A DNA stretch of 64,000 nt from Verrucomicrobiota bacterium (GCA_033762115.1 JANRLX010000092.1:26870-90869); one strand, 5' to 3'. Shown: positions 9,907-26,724, numbered from the stretch's first letter. Made by a program: numbers and translations. Notes: a model not told the origin generated them from the letters alone.

Positions 9907-10455
9907 ATGCAGAGTCAATGGTTTGTGCTTCACACGCTGTCCGGTCAGGAACAGAAAGTGAAGGATAGCATCGAAAAACGGATCAAGACCGAAGAGATGG
10001 GTGACTATATCAAAGAAGTCCTCGTCCCTATGGAAAAGGTTGCTGAGGTGCGCAGTGGAAAAAAAACTGTGAGCACCCGCAAGCTCTACCCTGGTTACGT
10101 TTTCATCGATATGATCCTTCTGGATGAGGGAAAACGGATCATTGAGAAACCCTGGTATTTCATCCGTGAAACACAAGGGGTGATCGGGTTTGTGGGTGGG
10201 GACCGCCCAAGCCCGACCAGCAATGAGGAAATCTCGACAATTAAAGCTCAGATTTCAGATGCAGAGGACACTGAACGTCCTAAAGTGAATTTCGATGTCG
10301 GTGAGACAATCAAAATCAATGATGGTCCATTCTTGAATTTCAGTGGCGTGATCGAAGAGATCGAGCCTGAACGGGGAAAATTGAAGGTGACGGTGAACAT
10401 CTTCGGGCGAAATACACCTGTCGAATTGGAATATTGGCAGGTTGAAAAAGCCTAA
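9907..10455 (+). CDS. nusG: Transcription termination/antitermination factor NusG
   Basis: [20 protein letters not shown] domain DGPF..F.G and [14 protein letters not shown]. Confidence 0.99.
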   Translation: MQSQWFVLHTLSGQEQKVKDSIEKRIKTEEMGDYIKEVLVPMEKVAEVRSGKKTVSTRKLYPGYVFIDMILLDEGKRIIEKPWYFIRETQGVIGFVGGDRPSPTSNEEISTIKAQISDAEDTERPKVNFDVGETIKINDGPFLNFSGVIEEIEPERGKLKVTVNIFGRNTPVELEYWQVEKA

Positions 10456-10472
10456 CCGAATACAGAATTTTT

Positions 10473-10898
10473 ATGGCGAAAAAAGTTGTTGGACAAGTGA
10501 AGTTGCAAATTCCGGCCGGGCAGGCCAATCCTGCGCCTCCGGTGGGCCCCGCTCTCGGTCAGCAAGGGGTCAACATCATGGCTTTTTGCAAGGAATTTAA
10601 TGCGGCGACAAAAGAACAGGCTGGCCTGGTCATTCCCGTGGTGATCACAGTTTATCAGGATAAGTCGTTCACCTTCATCACCAAATCTCCTCCTGCATCT
10701 GTCCTGTTGAAAAAAGCAGCGGGCATTGCCAGCGGCTCAAAGACCCCGAACAAGGATAAAGTCGGCAAAGTGACCCGCAAGCAGGTCATGGACATCGTCA
10801 AGATGAAAATGAAGGACCTGAACGCCAGCAACGAAGAGGCAGGCTACCTCCAGGTTGCCGGAACTGCCCGCAGCATGGGAATCGACATCCAAGGATAA
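10473..10898 (+). CDS. rplK: 50S ribosomal protein L11
   Basis: [21 protein letters not shown] and GTARSMG. Confidence 0.99.
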   Translation: MAKKVVGQVKLQIPAGQANPAPPVGPALGQQGVNIMAFCKEFNAATKEQAGLVIPVVITVYQDKSFTFITKSPPASVLLKKAAGIASGSKTPNKDKVGKVTRKQVMDIVKMKMKDLNASNEEAGYLQVAGTARSMGIDIQG

Positions 10899-10912
10899 TT
10901 TTAACCTAAACC

Positions 10913-10941
10913 GCGGGAGAGCTTCGGCTCGCATGCACCGC
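10913..10941 (+). promoter_or_regulatory. Putative L1 autoregulatory mRNA site between rplK and rplA
   Basis: GCGGGAGAGC-TTCG-GCTCGCATGCACCGC: GCGG/CCGC outer stem, GAGC/GCTC inner stem with a UUCG loop, and an asymmetric internal loop like the GGGAG...ACC L1-binding mimics found before rplA. Confidence 0.6.
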
Positions 10942-10951
10942 ACCCACATAA

Positions 10952-11650
10952 ATGCCAAGTAAACGATACAAAAAAGCCCTTGAACTGGTGGACAGGCAGA
11001 AGCTTTATCCACTGACTTCAGCGGTCGAAGTCCTGACAAAGTTCCCCAAAGCCAAATTCAACGAAACAGTTGACCTGGCTTTTCGCCTCGGGGTTGATCC
11101 GAAACAATCTGATCAAATGGTCCGCGGCACCGTTCCTCTTCCCCATGGAAGCGGCAAAACAGTTCGTGTGCTGGTCTTTGCTCGTCCCGGCAATGCCGCC
11201 GATGCCGCCAAAGCGGCTGGCGCTGAGCATGTCGGTTTCGATGACATGATCAAAAAATGCACCGAAGGATGGACCGACTTCGATGTGGCGATTGCAACTC
11301 CCGAAGCGATGGTCGAAGTGCGTAAATTGGGTAAGGTCCTTGGCCCTCGCGGCTTGATGCCAAACCCAAAAACCGGGACTGTCACGGATGACACAGCCAA
11401 GGCTGTCAAGGAAGTCAAAGCGGGTCGCGTGGAATTCAAGGTTGATAAAGCCGGGAACATACACGTGCCAGTGGGCAAGATTAACTTTTCCGCCAAACAG
11501 ATCCAGGAAAACACCCAGGCCGTGATTGAGGCAGTCATCAAAGCCCGGCCTTCAAGCGTCCGAGGCATTTTTGTTCATAGCTGCACTCTTTCAGCCACCA
11601 TGAGTCCTCCTGTTCAGGTGGATGTCCGTGAATTCATGGCCGCAGCCTAA
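10952..11650 (+). CDS. rplA: 50S ribosomal protein L1
   Basis: LGVDPKQSDQMVRG and LGPRGLMPNPKTGTVT. Confidence 0.99.
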   Translation: MPSKRYKKALELVDRQKLYPLTSAVEVLTKFPKAKFNETVDLAFRLGVDPKQSDQMVRGTVPLPHGSGKTVRVLVFARPGNAADAAKAAGAEHVGFDDMIKKCTEGWTDFDVAIATPEAMVEVRKLGKVLGPRGLMPNPKTGTVTDDTAKAVKEVKAGRVEFKVDKAGNIHVPVGKINFSAKQIQENTQAVIEAVIKARPSSVRGIFVHSCTLSATMSPPVQVDVREFMAAA

Positions 11651-11673
11651 CCTGTTTAACCGAGGAAATTTCC

Positions 11674-12201
11674 ATGCGTGAAGAGAAAAAATTTATCAGT
11701 GCCGAATATATCAATCGGCTTAACGCCTCTCCTTATTTCATCGTTGTTGATTACCGCGCCTTGACGGTGACCAATTTCACTGAATTGCGTAAGCGCCTTC
11801 GGAGTACGGGAGCGGAAGTCCACGTGGTCAAAAATTCGATCTTTCGGGTTGCCGCCAAGGAAGCCGGCCTGGCTGATCTCAAGGGGGCCCTTGCTGGACA
11901 GCTCGCGGTTGTTACCGGTCAGCGCGATGTCTCTGCTGCAGCCAAAGTCCTGAAAACATTTTCTGCCGAGACTGACAAAGGTAAAATGCAGTTCGGTTAC
12001 CTCAAGGATCAACGTCTCGAATCCAAAGATTTGATCGCTTTGGCCGATCTGCCAGGCATCGAAGTGCTTCGTGGCAAATTGCTCGGTCTTTTACAGGCTC
12101 CTGCGGGTCAATTGGTTCGCTTGCTCAATACTCCAGCCGGTCAACTGGCAAGAGTGTTGCAGGCGCGTGTGGACAAGGAACAAACCCCCGCCGCAGCTTA
12201 A
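11674..12201 (+). CDS. rplJ: 50S ribosomal protein L10
   Basis: VVDYRALTV..ELRKRL, VVKNS and LADLP..EVLRGKLLGLLQAP; synteny. Confidence 0.98.
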   Translation: MREEKKFISAEYINRLNASPYFIVVDYRALTVTNFTELRKRLRSTGAEVHVVKNSIFRVAAKEAGLADLKGALAGQLAVVTGQRDVSAAAKVLKTFSAETDKGKMQFGYLKDQRLESKDLIALADLPGIEVLRGKLLGLLQAPAGQLVRLLNTPAGQLARVLQARVDKEQTPAAA

Positions 12202-12318
12202 TCAAATTTCCCGGACTGTTTCCGGGAGAATAAACGAAACATAAAGTAAATCGTCGGTTTGCAGGCTGTAAACTGAAACCGCTCATAGCCTTGGGCGACG
12301 ACGAGACTGAAAGGAAAC

Positions 12319-12711
12319 ATGGCAGATATTGCAACATTAGTAGATCAGTTGAGCGGCTTGACCGTTTTGGAAACCGCAGACCTCGTAAAGCAACTCGAGT
12401 CCAAGTGGGGCGTGAGTGCAGCGGCTCCTGTCGCTGTCGCAGCAGCAGGTGGTGGCGGTGGCGGTGCAGCAGCAGCTCCTGCAGCTGAAGCCAAAACCGC
12501 TTTTGACGTGATCCTCGCTTCCGTTCCTGCGGACAAGAAGATCGCTGTCATCAAGGCAGTTCGCGAAGTCAAAGCTGGTCTCGGCCTGGCTGAAGCCAAA
12601 GCGCTTGTCGAAGGCGCACCAAAGCCCTTGCTTGAAGGCGCTAACAAAGCTGATTCTGACGCCGCCAAGAAGAAACTTGAGGAAGCTGGCGCCAAAGTTG
12701 AAATTAAGTAA
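12319..12711 (+). CDS. rplL: 50S ribosomal protein L7/L12
   Basis: Ala/Gly hinge, [21 protein letters not shown] and [11 protein letters not shown]. Confidence 0.99.
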   Translation: MADIATLVDQLSGLTVLETADLVKQLESKWGVSAAAPVAVAAAGGGGGGAAAAPAAEAKTAFDVILASVPADKKIAVIKAVREVKAGLGLAEAKALVEGAPKPLLEGANKADSDAAKKKLEEAGAKVEIK

Positions 12712-12728
12712 GAATCGATTATCATTGT

Positions 12729-12753
12729 GGGTGACGAGCCGGTCTCGTCACCC
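12729..12753 (+). terminator. Strong hairpin after rplL (possible attenuator or processing site before rpoB)
   Basis: GGGTGACGAG-CCGGT-CTCGTCACCC; the U-tract is weak. Confidence 0.55.
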
Positions 12754-12933
12754 CAATTTCACACAAAATTAGCCAAGAGTATTTAAAACGAGAGCACGCG
12801 CTATTCCCCAGTATTCATAGTATAATCTTGAATTTCCCGGTGAAACTCTGTGAGGAACAGGGCGCCGGAGTTGTGTCGTTTGTAGCAAACCAGAAGGCAA
12901 GGTCTCGTGACCAAGCCACAGAAAGAGGTAAAA

Positions 12934-16749
<3,816 letters not shown>

Positions 16750-16793
16750 TCCGCAACCGAAACTTTAAGGCATTTGAGCCAACAGAATTAAGT

Positions 16794-19700
16794 ATGATTA
16801 ACACCAGAGAATCCGCTCGTGAGTTGCTCGGGTTGGACAAGGTGAATCTTGTCGATTACGTGGCGATCTGTGTCGCTTCACCAGAAAACATCCGTTCCTG
16901 GTCGAAAGGCGAGGTCAAAAATCCTGAAACGATCAACTACCGCACATTTAAACCGGAAAAGGGCGGTTTGTTTTGCGAGCGCATCTTCGGTCCTGTCAAG
17001 GACTGGGAATGCTCCTGCGGCAAGTATAAACGCATCAAGCATCGTGGTGTCGTTTGCGACCGTTGCGGTGTCGAAGTCACTCTTTCCCGCGTCCGTCGCG
17101 AACGCATGGGCCATATCGAATTGGCCGTTCCCGTCACGCACATTTGGTTCTTCAAGTGCATGCCGTCACGTCTCGGCTTGATCCTGGATATGACCGCGCG
17201 GAATCTCGAACGCGTCATCTATTACGAGGATTACCTCGTGATTGATCCGAAATCCACTCCGCTCAAGCAGCATCAGTTGCTCAGCGAAATGGAGTATCGC
17301 GAAGCCCGTGAAACTTACGGAGCTGATTCATTCCTCGCCAAGATGGGTGCCGAAGCGGTCCGTGAAGCCCTTGCAAATGTTGATCTGCAAAAACAGGTGG
17401 ATGCGTTGCAACAGGCCATGACCGAAACCAAGAGCAAACAAATCCGCAAGAAAATCGCCAAGCGGATCAAGTTGTTCCAGGGTTTCCTCAGTTCCAAAAC
17501 CCGTCCGGAATGGATGATCCTCACGGTCCTGCCGGTCATTCCTCCTGACCTCCGCCCGTTGGTCCCGCTGGAAGGTGGCCGCTTTGCCACTTCCGACCTC
17601 AACGACCTTTACCGTCGTGTGATCAACCGCAATAACCGGTTGAAAAACCTGCTCCAGCTGAAAACGCCGGAAGTCATCATTCGTAATGAAAAGCGAATGT
17701 TGCAGGAAGCTGTGGATGCTCTCTTTGATAATGGCCGCCACGGTCGCGCAGTCACAGGCGCCGGCAATCGCCCGCTCAAATCCCTCAGCGACATGCTCAA
17801 GGGCAAGAGTGGCCGTTTCCGCCAGAACCTGCTCGGCAAACGCGTCGATTACTCAGGTCGTTCCGTCATCGTTATCGGTCCTGAACTGAAGCTGAACCAG
17901 TGCGGGTTGCCGAAGAAAATGGCGCTCGTCCTGTTCGAGCCATTCATCATTCGTCGCCTCAAGGAACTTGGTTACGTGCATACCGTGCGCTCAGCCAAAA
18001 AGATGATCGAGCGGCAATCTCCTGAAGTTTGGGACATCCTGGAGGAAGTCACCAAAGGTCACCCGGTCCTCCTGAACCGCGCTCCAACTCTCCATCGTTT
18101 GTCCATCCAGGCATTCGAGCCGGTCCTGATTGAAGGCGAAGCAATTCGTATTCACCCGCTGGTCTGTACTGCCTATAACGCGGACTTTGACGGCGACCAG
18201 ATGGCAGTCCATGTCCCGCTCTCTGTCGAATCGCAAATGGAAGCCCGCCTGCTGATGATGGCTTCCAACAATATCTTCAGCCCATCCAGCGGCAAGCCGA
18301 TCATGACGCCGACTCAGGACATTACACTTGGCTGCTATTACCTCACGGCGAATCCACGCTCAATTGGCTACAAGGAAACCAGCTCACGCCTCAAATTATT
18401 TGGTTCCAAAGCAGAAGTCATCTTTGCTCATTCCGATGGCGGCGTCCGGACTCACGAGAAAATCCTTCTCGCAAATCCTGACCTCGGAAAAGACACCGTT
18501 TATGGTGACAAGGAAAAAAAGATCATCGAAACTACAGTCGGTCGCGTGATTTTCAGCGAAATCTGGCCAACTGAACTCGGTTTCCCCAATCGCGTTGTCG
18601 GCAAGGCGCAGATCGGTGACCTGATCTGGAACTGCTACAAAAAATGTGGCCATGACCGGACGGTTGTCACCCTCGACAAACTGAAGGAACTCGGCTTCTA
18701 CGAAGCCACCCGTGCAGGTGTTTCCATCGGTATTGATGACATGATCATTCCGAAAGAGAAAATTCAGGAAATCGAAGGCGCTCAACGTCAGATCGCGGAA
18801 GTCGAAAAACAGTACCGCAAAGGTGTCATTACCCCTGGCGAACGTTACAACAAGGTCATCGATATCTGGACTCATTGCACCGACCAGATCGCAAACGTCA
18901 TGCTCAAGACGCTTGAATACAACCAGGGCAAGCGGGAATACAATCCTGTCTGGCTGATGGTCGATTCCGGCGCTCGCGGCAACCGCCAGCAGGTCCGTCA
19001 GTTGGCAGGTGTGCGCGGGTTGATGGCCAAGCCCTCCGGCGACATCATCGAAAAACCGATCTTATCGAATTTCCGCGAAGGCCTCACGGTGCTCGAGTAC
19101 TTCATCTCCACTCACGGCGCTCGCAAAGGTCTCGCTGACACCGCCCTTAAAACTGCCGATTCCGGGTACATGACCCGCAAGCTGGTCGATGTCGCCCAGG
19201 ACGTGATCATCCGTGAGGAGGATTGCGGCACCACCAACGGCATCTGGGTCCAGGCCATCTACGAAGGTGAGGATGAAGTCGTCAAATTGTCGGAACGCCT
19301 CGTGGGACGTTACAGCTGTGATGACATCGTTGATCCGCTTGATCCAAAACGAAAACTCGTTCGTGCAAACGAGGAAATCGATGAAATCAAGGCCAAGGAA
19401 ATCGATAAAAACGGCGTCGAACGTGCCCGTATTCGTTCCGTGCTCACTTGCGAAAGCAAGAACGGTATTTGCATCGGCTGCTACGGTCGTAACCTTGCCA
19501 CCGGCGGCAAAGTCAAGCTTGGCGAAGCGGTTGGCATTATTGCTGCCCAGTCCATTGGCGAACCCGGCACACAATTGACCATGCGTACATTCCACATCGG
19601 TGGAACCGCATCCCAGGTCTTCAAACAACCACAGATTAAATCCAAGGTGGACGGCATCGTTCGTTACAACGAACTGCGCCTTGTCCAATTGGAGGATGGA

Positions 19701-20933
19701 AACAACATCGTTCTCAACAAGAACGGTTCCATCTCCATCATGGCTGATGATGGTCGGGAATTGGAAACGCACAACATCGTCATCGGCTCAGTCATCTCCG
19801 TTAAGAATGGAGGGATGGTCAGGAAAGGCGAAACCTTCGTTCAATGGGACCCTTACAACGTGCCGATTCTCTCGGAAAAAGCCGGGGTGATCCAGTTCCA
19901 CGACATCATCGAGGGTGTCACGATGAAACAGGAAGTCGATCCCGCCACCCAGCAGGAGGCGATGGTCATCATCGAGCACAAGGAAGATTTGCATCCGCAA
20001 ATCATCATCGTGGATGATAAAGGCGAACCGTTGGCCAATTACCCCATTCCTTCCGGCGCTCACATTGTCGTCAATGAAGGGGACAAAATCGTCGCGGGAA
20101 CGCTTATGGCCAAAACGCCTCGCAAGAGTTCCAAGACAAAGGACATTACCGGCGGTCTTCCCCGCGTGGCTGAGTTATTCGAAGCTCGCCGTCCGAAAGA
20201 TGCCGCGGAAATCTCCAAGATCGATGGTGTCGTCGACTTCGGACCGAGCGTTCGTGGCAAACGCACCGTCCTGATCAAGGATCCCAACACCGGGCTGGAA
20301 GAGGAACACCTTATCCCGATCGGCAAGCACGTCATCGTTTTCAAGGGCGACTACGTCAAGAAAGGGCAACAGCTCACCGAAGGTCCGGTTGTCCCGCACG
20401 AAATTCTTGATGTCTGCGGACCTCAGGAACTTCAGGAGCATTTGGTCAACGAAGTGCAGGAAGTTTATCGTCTCCAGGGTGTGACGATTAATGACAAGCA
20501 TATCGAAATCATCGTCCGCCAGATGTTGCGCAAGGTTCGCATTACAGAACCAGGCGATACTTCCTTCCTCTGGGGAGAACAGATCGACAAGATCGCTTTC
20601 GAGGAAGAGAACAATCGTGTCGAGAAGATGGGTGGCAAACCTGCCGAAGCACAACCGGTGCTGCTGGGTATCACGAAGGCATCACTCGAAACCGAAAGCT
20701 TCCTCAGTGCAGCTTCCTTCCAGGACACCACTCGTGTCCTCACCGAAGCCGCAACCATGGGCAAAGTGGACGGCCTGCGAGGTTTCAAGGAAAATGTGAT
20801 CATGGGTCACATTATCCCTGCTGGAACCGGCTACGACTTCCACCGCAAAGTCTCTCTCAAACCATTGGTTGAAGAAATCCCGATGGAAGAAGATGCAGCC
20901 AACCCGCTTTTAAGTGAGCCTTTGGCTGGCTAA
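16794..20933 (+). CDS. rpoC: DNA-directed RNA polymerase beta' subunit
   Basis: NADFDGDQM catalytic motif, N-terminal Zn finger and [12 protein letters not shown]. Confidence 0.99.
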   Translation: MINTRESARELLGLDKVNLVDYVAICVASPENIRSWSKGEVKNPETINYRTFKPEKGGLFCERIFGPVKDWECSCGKYKRIKHRGVVCDRCGVEVTLSRVRRERMGHIELAVPVTHIWFFKCMPSRLGLILDMTARNLERVIYYEDYLVIDPKSTPLKQHQLLSEMEYREARETYGADSFLAKMGAEAVREALANVDLQKQVDALQQAMTETKSKQIRKKIAKRIKLFQGFLSSKTRPEWMILTVLPVIPPDLRPLVPLEGGRFATSDLNDLYRRVINRNNRLKNLLQLKTPEVIIRNEKRMLQEAVDALFDNGRHGRAVTGAGNRPLKSLSDMLKGKSGRFRQNLLGKRVDYSGRSVIVIGPELKLNQCGLPKKMALVLFEPFIIRRLKELGYVHTVRSAKKMIERQSPEVWDILEEVTKGHPVLLNRAPTLHRLSIQAFEPVLIEGEAIRIHPLVCTAYNADFDGDQMAVHVPLSVESQMEARLLMMASNNIFSPSSGKPIMTPTQDITLGCYYLTANPRSIGYKETSSRLKLFGSKAEVIFAHSDGGVRTHEKILLANPDLGKDTVYGDKEKKIIETTVGRVIFSEIWPTELGFPNRVVGKAQIGDLIWNCYKKCGHDRTVVTLDKLKELGFYEATRAGVSIGIDDMIIPKEKIQEIEGAQRQIAEVEKQYRKGVITPGERYNKVIDIWTHCTDQIANVMLKTLEYNQGKREYNPVWLMVDSGARGNRQQVRQLAGVRGLMAKPSGDIIEKPILSNFREGLTVLEYFISTHGARKGLADTALKTADSGYMTRKLVDVAQDVIIREEDCGTTNGIWVQAIYEGEDEVVKLSERLVGRYSCDDIVDPLDPKRKLVRANEEIDEIKAKEIDKNGVERARIRSVLTCESKNGICIGCYGRNLATGGKVKLGEAVGIIAAQSIGEPGTQLTMRTFHIGGTASQVFKQPQIKSKVDGIVRYNELRLVQLEDGNNIVLNKNGSISIMADDGRELETHNIVIGSVISVKNGGMVRKGETFVQWDPYNVPILSEKAGVIQFHDIIEGVTMKQEVDPATQQEAMVIIEHKEDLHPQIIIVDDKGEPLANYPIPSGAHIVVNEGDKIVAGTLMAKTPRKSSKTKDITGGLPRVAELFEARRPKDAAEISKIDGVVDFGPSVRGKRTVLIKDPNTGLEEEHLIPIGKHVIVFKGDYVKKGQQLTEGPVVPHEILDVCGPQELQEHLVNEVQEVYRLQGVTINDKHIEIIVRQMLRKVRITEPGDTSFLWGEQIDKIAFEEENNRVEKMGGKPAEAQPVLLGITKASLETESFLSAASFQDTTRVLTEAATMGKVDGLRGFKENVIMGHIIPAGTGYDFHRKVSLKPLVEEIPMEEDAANPLLSEPLAG

Positions 20934-20949
20934 ATAAACCTTTGAACAC

Positions 20950-20986
20950 AGCCGGAGTTGGGCAACCGACTCCGGCTTTTTCTTTT
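20950..20986 (+). terminator. rpoC terminator
   Basis: AGCCGGAGTTGG-GCAA-CCGACTCCGGCT followed by TTTTCTTTT. Confidence 0.92.
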
Positions 20987-21063
20987 CAATGTTGCAGGTA
21001 AAAAAATTCCATCCTGCCCAAAAAGGAGCAGCCGAATCAAGGAAAGGGGGCGGAAGAAATTGC

Positions 21064-21264
21064 TTACCGGGACGAAGTTTGCCGTCTTTTTGGCTGTGGC
21101 TGTTCAAGCGGGACCATCTCCATCGCAGGAACCTGATGCTGCATACAGAACTGAACCAGGCTCAAACCATTCTGAAAAACCGCAGCTTCGCGGGCTTTTT
21201 TTGTCCAAATACCCAAATTTTTCAGGTACTCACCAGTAACCTTGTTCTTGATTATCCATTTCAT
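21064..21264 (-). CDS. Small hypothetical protein (66 aa)
   Basis: MKWIIKNKVTGEYLKNLGIWTKKAREAAVF; compact ORF filling the gap, with a protein-like TGxYL...WT...A..F pattern. Confidence 0.6.
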   Translation of the reverse strand: MKWIIKNKVTGEYLKNLGIWTKKAREAAVFQNGLSLVQFCMQHQVPAMEMVPLEQPQPKRRQTSSR

Positions 21265-21391
21265 ACATTCCAAAAGCCACTTGGGGTGGCTTGCAATTTT
21301 ACACAAAGCCTTTTTTATGCCACCCGCTTGAATAATTCAGGAGTTCGCTTTTTAGTTGCAAAACATCCTCCCCTCCGTCCTAAAACAGGTC

Positions 21392-21937
21392 ATGGAATGG
21401 CTGCCACGCCTCGCAACAATGAATGATGTCCCTGCGTTGGAATTGTTGGTTCCGCTTTCTGTCAAAAAATTGCATGCCCCTTACTACTCAGTTGATCAGA
21501 TCAATGCCGCTCTCGGACCTGTCTTCGGAGTGGATCGCCAGTTGATTGCAGATGAAACCTATTTCGTTATCGAGCAAGGCCGTCAGATCGTGGGTTGTGG
21601 TGGCTGGAGCAGAAGAAAATCCCTTTTCGGCTCTGATTTAGGAAGAACCTTTGAGGACAATTACCTTATTCCCGACATTGACCCGGCACGTATCCGCGCT
21701 TTTTTTGTGCATCCGGAATTCTCCAGAAAAGGGATCGGCCGCGCCATCCTTCGAACCTGCGAGAAAGCTGTCCGCCAGGCCGGATTCCATCGAATTGAGC
21801 TGGTTGCCACACTTGCGGGCGAGCCTCTTTACCTTTCCGAAGGCTACGAAATCCTGGAGCGATATGATATCCCCCTCTCAAACGGACTCGGGTTGCCTGC
21901 AGTTCGAATGGGTAAGTTATTAAAAAAATTCGAATGA
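21392..21937 (+). CDS. GNAT family N-acetyltransferase
   Basis: IVGCGGWS, ARIRAFFVHP..SRKGIG (acetyl-CoA motif) and LVATLAGEPLY. Start is uncertain (TTG 21356 is possible). Confidence 0.9.
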   Translation: MEWLPRLATMNDVPALELLVPLSVKKLHAPYYSVDQINAALGPVFGVDRQLIADETYFVIEQGRQIVGCGGWSRRKSLFGSDLGRTFEDNYLIPDIDPARIRAFFVHPEFSRKGIGRAILRTCEKAVRQAGFHRIELVATLAGEPLYLSEGYEILERYDIPLSNGLGLPAVRMGKLLKKFE

Positions 21938-22007
21938 ACTTTTTGAGAAATCAAACTCCTTCGTTTTGATAGACAAGTAGGACTCAGTTTTTCATACTCA
22001 TCCTCTT

Positions 22008-22943
22008 ATGGCGAAACCAGCGCTAGGTCGTGGATTAGGGGCCTTGATGGGTGGTGCAGCCCCCGTAGGGCGGCCCCCAGCGGCCCCTTCTTTGGCGCCT
22101 GTTTCCAAAACCACACCCGAAACAGCAGCTTCTCCTCCCCCTGCGGCTGATTCGATCCTGCGGGTGCCTGTTGTACTGGTCAAACCATGTGCATTCCAGC
22201 CTCGAAAGGATTTCTCCGAAGAATCACTCCGCGAACTGGCTGATTCGATCAGGGCAGAAGGCATTCTTCAGCCATTGATCGTCCGTTCTCGCAACGGAAT
22301 TTATGAATTGATCGCGGGTGAACGGCGCTGGCGGGCCGCGCAAATGGCAGGAATTCCCGAACTGCCGGTGATTGTCCGTGAAGCTGATGATCGTCAGCTT
22401 CTGCAACTCGCGTTGATCGAAAATCTTCAACGCGAAAACCTTAATCCCATCGAAGAAGCCCTGGGATATTCCGACTTGATCCGCCAGTTCAAATTTACCC
22501 AGGAAGAGGTCGCCTTGAAAGTTGGCAAAAGCCGTGTGGCGGTGGCAAATGCTCTTCGTCTCATCAACCTGGATCCCGAGGTGCAATCGTTCCTGAAGAG
22601 CGGCTTGATCACGGTCGGTCATGCCAAGGCGATTCTCGGAATTTCAAATGTTTCCGAGCAAAAGGTGGTGGCAAACCGTGTCATTCGAGAGCAGTTAAAC
22701 GTGCGACAGACCGAGGAGCTTGTGGCCAATCTACAGAAAGAGGCGGCGCCCGGTCAAAAAAACAAAATCGGCAACAGCTCACCGGATGTGCATATAGCGG
22801 CCCTGCAAACCCGTCTTCAGGAAAAGCTCGGCACCAAAGTATTGCTTCGCTATCGCAAAGGAAAAGGCGCTGTTGAAATTCGTTTTTTCAGTGATGACGA
22901 TCTTGACCGAGTCCTGGAATCCCTCGGCGTGAAAATGGAGTAA
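22008..22943 (+). CDS. parB: ParB/Spo0J chromosome partitioning protein
   Basis: LGRGLGALM N-terminus, QPRKDF, GILQPL, LIAGERRWRAA, ALIENLQRENL and HTH VGKSRVAVAN. Confidence 0.95.
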   Translation: MAKPALGRGLGALMGGAAPVGRPPAAPSLAPVSKTTPETAASPPPAADSILRVPVVLVKPCAFQPRKDFSEESLRELADSIRAEGILQPLIVRSRNGIYELIAGERRWRAAQMAGIPELPVIVREADDRQLLQLALIENLQRENLNPIEEALGYSDLIRQFKFTQEEVALKVGKSRVAVANALRLINLDPEVQSFLKSGLITVGHAKAILGISNVSEQKVVANRVIREQLNVRQTEELVANLQKEAAPGQKNKIGNSSPDVHIAALQTRLQEKLGTKVLLRYRKGKGAVEIRFFSDDDLDRVLESLGVKME

Positions 22944-22947
22944 TTTC

Positions 22948-24066
22948 ATGAATACACCTGAATTTCGGCGACAAACCGCTGCAATCCTTCGACAATCGTT
23001 TGAAAAAGCCTCGGCCTTTCGGGCTTTTGTCGGCCTGGATGGATTTGTCGATGAAATCATTCATGCAGTCGGCACCCGCCAAAGCTTTGATCAGTATGAG
23101 CGCCTTCCAACCCTCACCAGCATGGGTGACCGGATCCGGGAGGCAGCCGGGCGCAGCACCAACATCGAACTTGTCAATCAGCGCACCAAACTCGGAGGCA
23201 ATGGTCCGATCATGGCCAATGCTCTGGCCTCCTTTGGGTTAAAAGTTACCTATCTGGGGGCCCTCGGCTACCCTCAAATTCACCCGGTTTTTCAGCAGTT
23301 CGCCCAAAAAGCCGAACTTTTTTCGATTGCTGACTCTGGTCATACTGATGCCATTGAATTCGAAGATGGCAAACTCATGCTGGTTAAAAGTTCACCTCTT
23401 GACCAGATCACCTGGGCGAATATTCAAACTCGCTTCGGTCGTGAGCCGTTCCAAAATTATTTCAGTCGTGCGGACCTGGTCGGTTTTGTGAACTGGACCA
23501 TGATCCCGTTCATGAGTGATTTCTGGGAATCCCTGCAAACGGAACTGTGTCCTCTATTAACAGGGCCGCGCCGCAAAATATTTTTTGACCTGGCTGATCC
23601 GCAGAAACGTCCAGCCACTGACATTGCCCGTGCTCTTAATTTGATCACGGGCTTTCAGGAATACTTTGACGTGATCCTTGGCCTCAATGAAAAGGAGGCT
23701 TTTGAAGTGGGTGAAGTCATGGGATTGCATCAGAAATCCAATGACCGACAGGCGCTCTCGGAACTTGCCCGGGAGATTTACTGTCGATTGAAGATCGATA
23801 CCCTGGTGGTGCATCCGGTCACTTACGCGCTGGCGGTCACTGATGGAACTGTTTCCCTCATTGACGGGCCAAAAATTCTTCGTCCCTTCATTACCACCGG
23901 GGCAGGGGACCATTTCAACTCCGGTTTCTGCCTGGGTAAATTGCTTGGCCTGTCGAATAGCGAATCGTTGCTCTGTGGCGTGACCACAAGTGGCTACTAT
24001 GTGCGCAGTGGCATTTCTCCAGGCATGGATGAAATTGCCGGAATGATGCTGGATTGGCCGGTTTGA
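22948..24066 (+). CDS. PfkB family carbohydrate kinase
   Basis: KLGGNGPIMANAL near the N-terminus; anion-hole motif TTGAGDHFNSG. Confidence 0.8.
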   Translation: MNTPEFRRQTAAILRQSFEKASAFRAFVGLDGFVDEIIHAVGTRQSFDQYERLPTLTSMGDRIREAAGRSTNIELVNQRTKLGGNGPIMANALASFGLKVTYLGALGYPQIHPVFQQFAQKAELFSIADSGHTDAIEFEDGKLMLVKSSPLDQITWANIQTRFGREPFQNYFSRADLVGFVNWTMIPFMSDFWESLQTELCPLLTGPRRKIFFDLADPQKRPATDIARALNLITGFQEYFDVILGLNEKEAFEVGEVMGLHQKSNDRQALSELAREIYCRLKIDTLVVHPVTYALAVTDGTVSLIDGPKILRPFITTGAGDHFNSGFCLGKLLGLSNSESLLCGVTTSGYYVRSGISPGMDEIAGMMLDWPV

Positions 24067-24068
24067 TT

Positions 24069-24641
24069 ATGCTGCTTGAGATTGTTAAATACGGAGACCC
24101 TGTCCTGCGCCAGAAAGGGGCAAAGATCGATAAAATCACGCCTGAAATTCAGCAATTGGTTCAGGATATGATTGCCACGATGTATGCTGCGCATGGAGTG
24201 GGCCTGGCGGCACAACAGATTGGAAAAGCCCTCCAGGTTTGTGTCATTGATGTCAAGGGAGTGACTGACCGCCCTTCAACCATGGCAATCAACGAAGAAC
24301 CTGTGGACCTCGAGCAGTTCATGCCAATGGTCCTGATCAATCCCGAGTTCAAGCCGTTGGGCGATTCCGTTGCCGGCCCGGAGGGTTGCCTGAGTTTCCC
24401 GGAAATTTACAGCGATATTGTCCGGCCTGAAACCATAGAAGTCTCGGCTTTGAATGAGTCAGGAGAATCGTTGCAATTCCGCTGCGGCGGCCTGCTTGCC
24501 CGTGCCATTCAACATGAGTACGATCACCTCCAGGGAATTCTTTTCATCGATCGCATGGCTCGCAAGGACAAGGAGGAGTTGAAGCCGGAGATTGAGGCAT
24601 TGCAACGCGAAACCAGGGAACGGCTGCAAAAACGCCGTTAA
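24069..24641 (+). CDS. def: Peptide deformylase
   Basis: [15 protein letters not shown] and QHEYDHL. Confidence 0.97.
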   Translation: MLLEIVKYGDPVLRQKGAKIDKITPEIQQLVQDMIATMYAAHGVGLAAQQIGKALQVCVIDVKGVTDRPSTMAINEEPVDLEQFMPMVLINPEFKPLGDSVAGPEGCLSFPEIYSDIVRPETIEVSALNESGESLQFRCGGLLARAIQHEYDHLQGILFIDRMARKDKEELKPEIEALQRETRERLQKRR

Positions 24642-25375
24642 AGCCCTCCAAACCGGCGATGCCGCCGGGTATATTCCTCCAGCGCGGTGTAAAGCTGCGC
24701 TTTCCGGAAATCAGGCCATAATGTCGGTGTGACGACAAATTCCGTGTAGGAAATCTGCCAGAGAAGAAAATTGCTCACTCGCAGTTCACCGCTGGTGCGA
24801 ATCAGCAAATCCGGGTCCGGCCAGGCATGTGTGTAAAGATGCTGGGTAATGACCTGCTCCGTAATCTCAGCCGGGTCCAGTTTCCCTTCCTTCACCTTGG
24901 AGGCAATGTTTCGCGCTGCTTCGACAATTTCGGTGCGCCCCCCATAGCTCAAGGCCAGGATCAATGTAAGGCCATTGTTTTTTGAAAGGGCCGCCCTCGT
25001 TTTTTCAAGCTGTTCCTGGACAAACTCCGGCAATCGATAGATCTGGCCGATCACTTCCAGCCGCACGTTGCTTTTGTTTAACTCGCCAATCTCATTTTTG
25101 AGATAGCGGGCCAAATATTTCATTAGCGTGTCCACTTCATCCTTCGGTCGATTCCAGTTCTCGACCGAAAAGGCGTATAATGTGAGATATTTGATTCCCA
25201 GTTCTCCACAGGCGCGTACCACGGCCCGGACCGATTCCACGCCCATTCGGTGACCTTCCACCCGTGGGAGGTGTCGCTCCTTGGCCCAGCGCCCGTTGCC
25301 ATCCATGATGATTGCCACATGTGCTGGCAGGGTTGCCCTGGCTTCGGCGCTCAGTTGGGGAGCGGCTGCGGTCAA
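24638..25375 (-). CDS. uppS: Undecaprenyl diphosphate synthase (isoprenyl transferase)
   Basis: [24 protein letters not shown] and [22 protein letters not shown] 25375 chosen just after the purA stop. Confidence 0.95.
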   Translation of the reverse strand: MTAAAPQLSAEARATLPAHVAIIMDGNGRWAKERHLPRVEGHRMGVESVRAVVRACGELGIKYLTLYAFSVENWNRPKDEVDTLMKYLARYLKNEIGELNKSNVRLEVIGQIYRLPEFVQEQLEKTRAALSKNNGLTLILALSYGGRTEIVEAARNIASKVKEGKLDPAEITEQVITQHLYTHAWPDPDLLIRTSGELRVSNFLLWQISYTEFVVTPTLWPDFRKAQLYTALEEYTRRHRRFGGL

Positions 25376-25379
25376 GAGA

Positions 25380-26714
<1,335 letters not shown>

Positions 26715-26724
26715 TTACAGGCAG

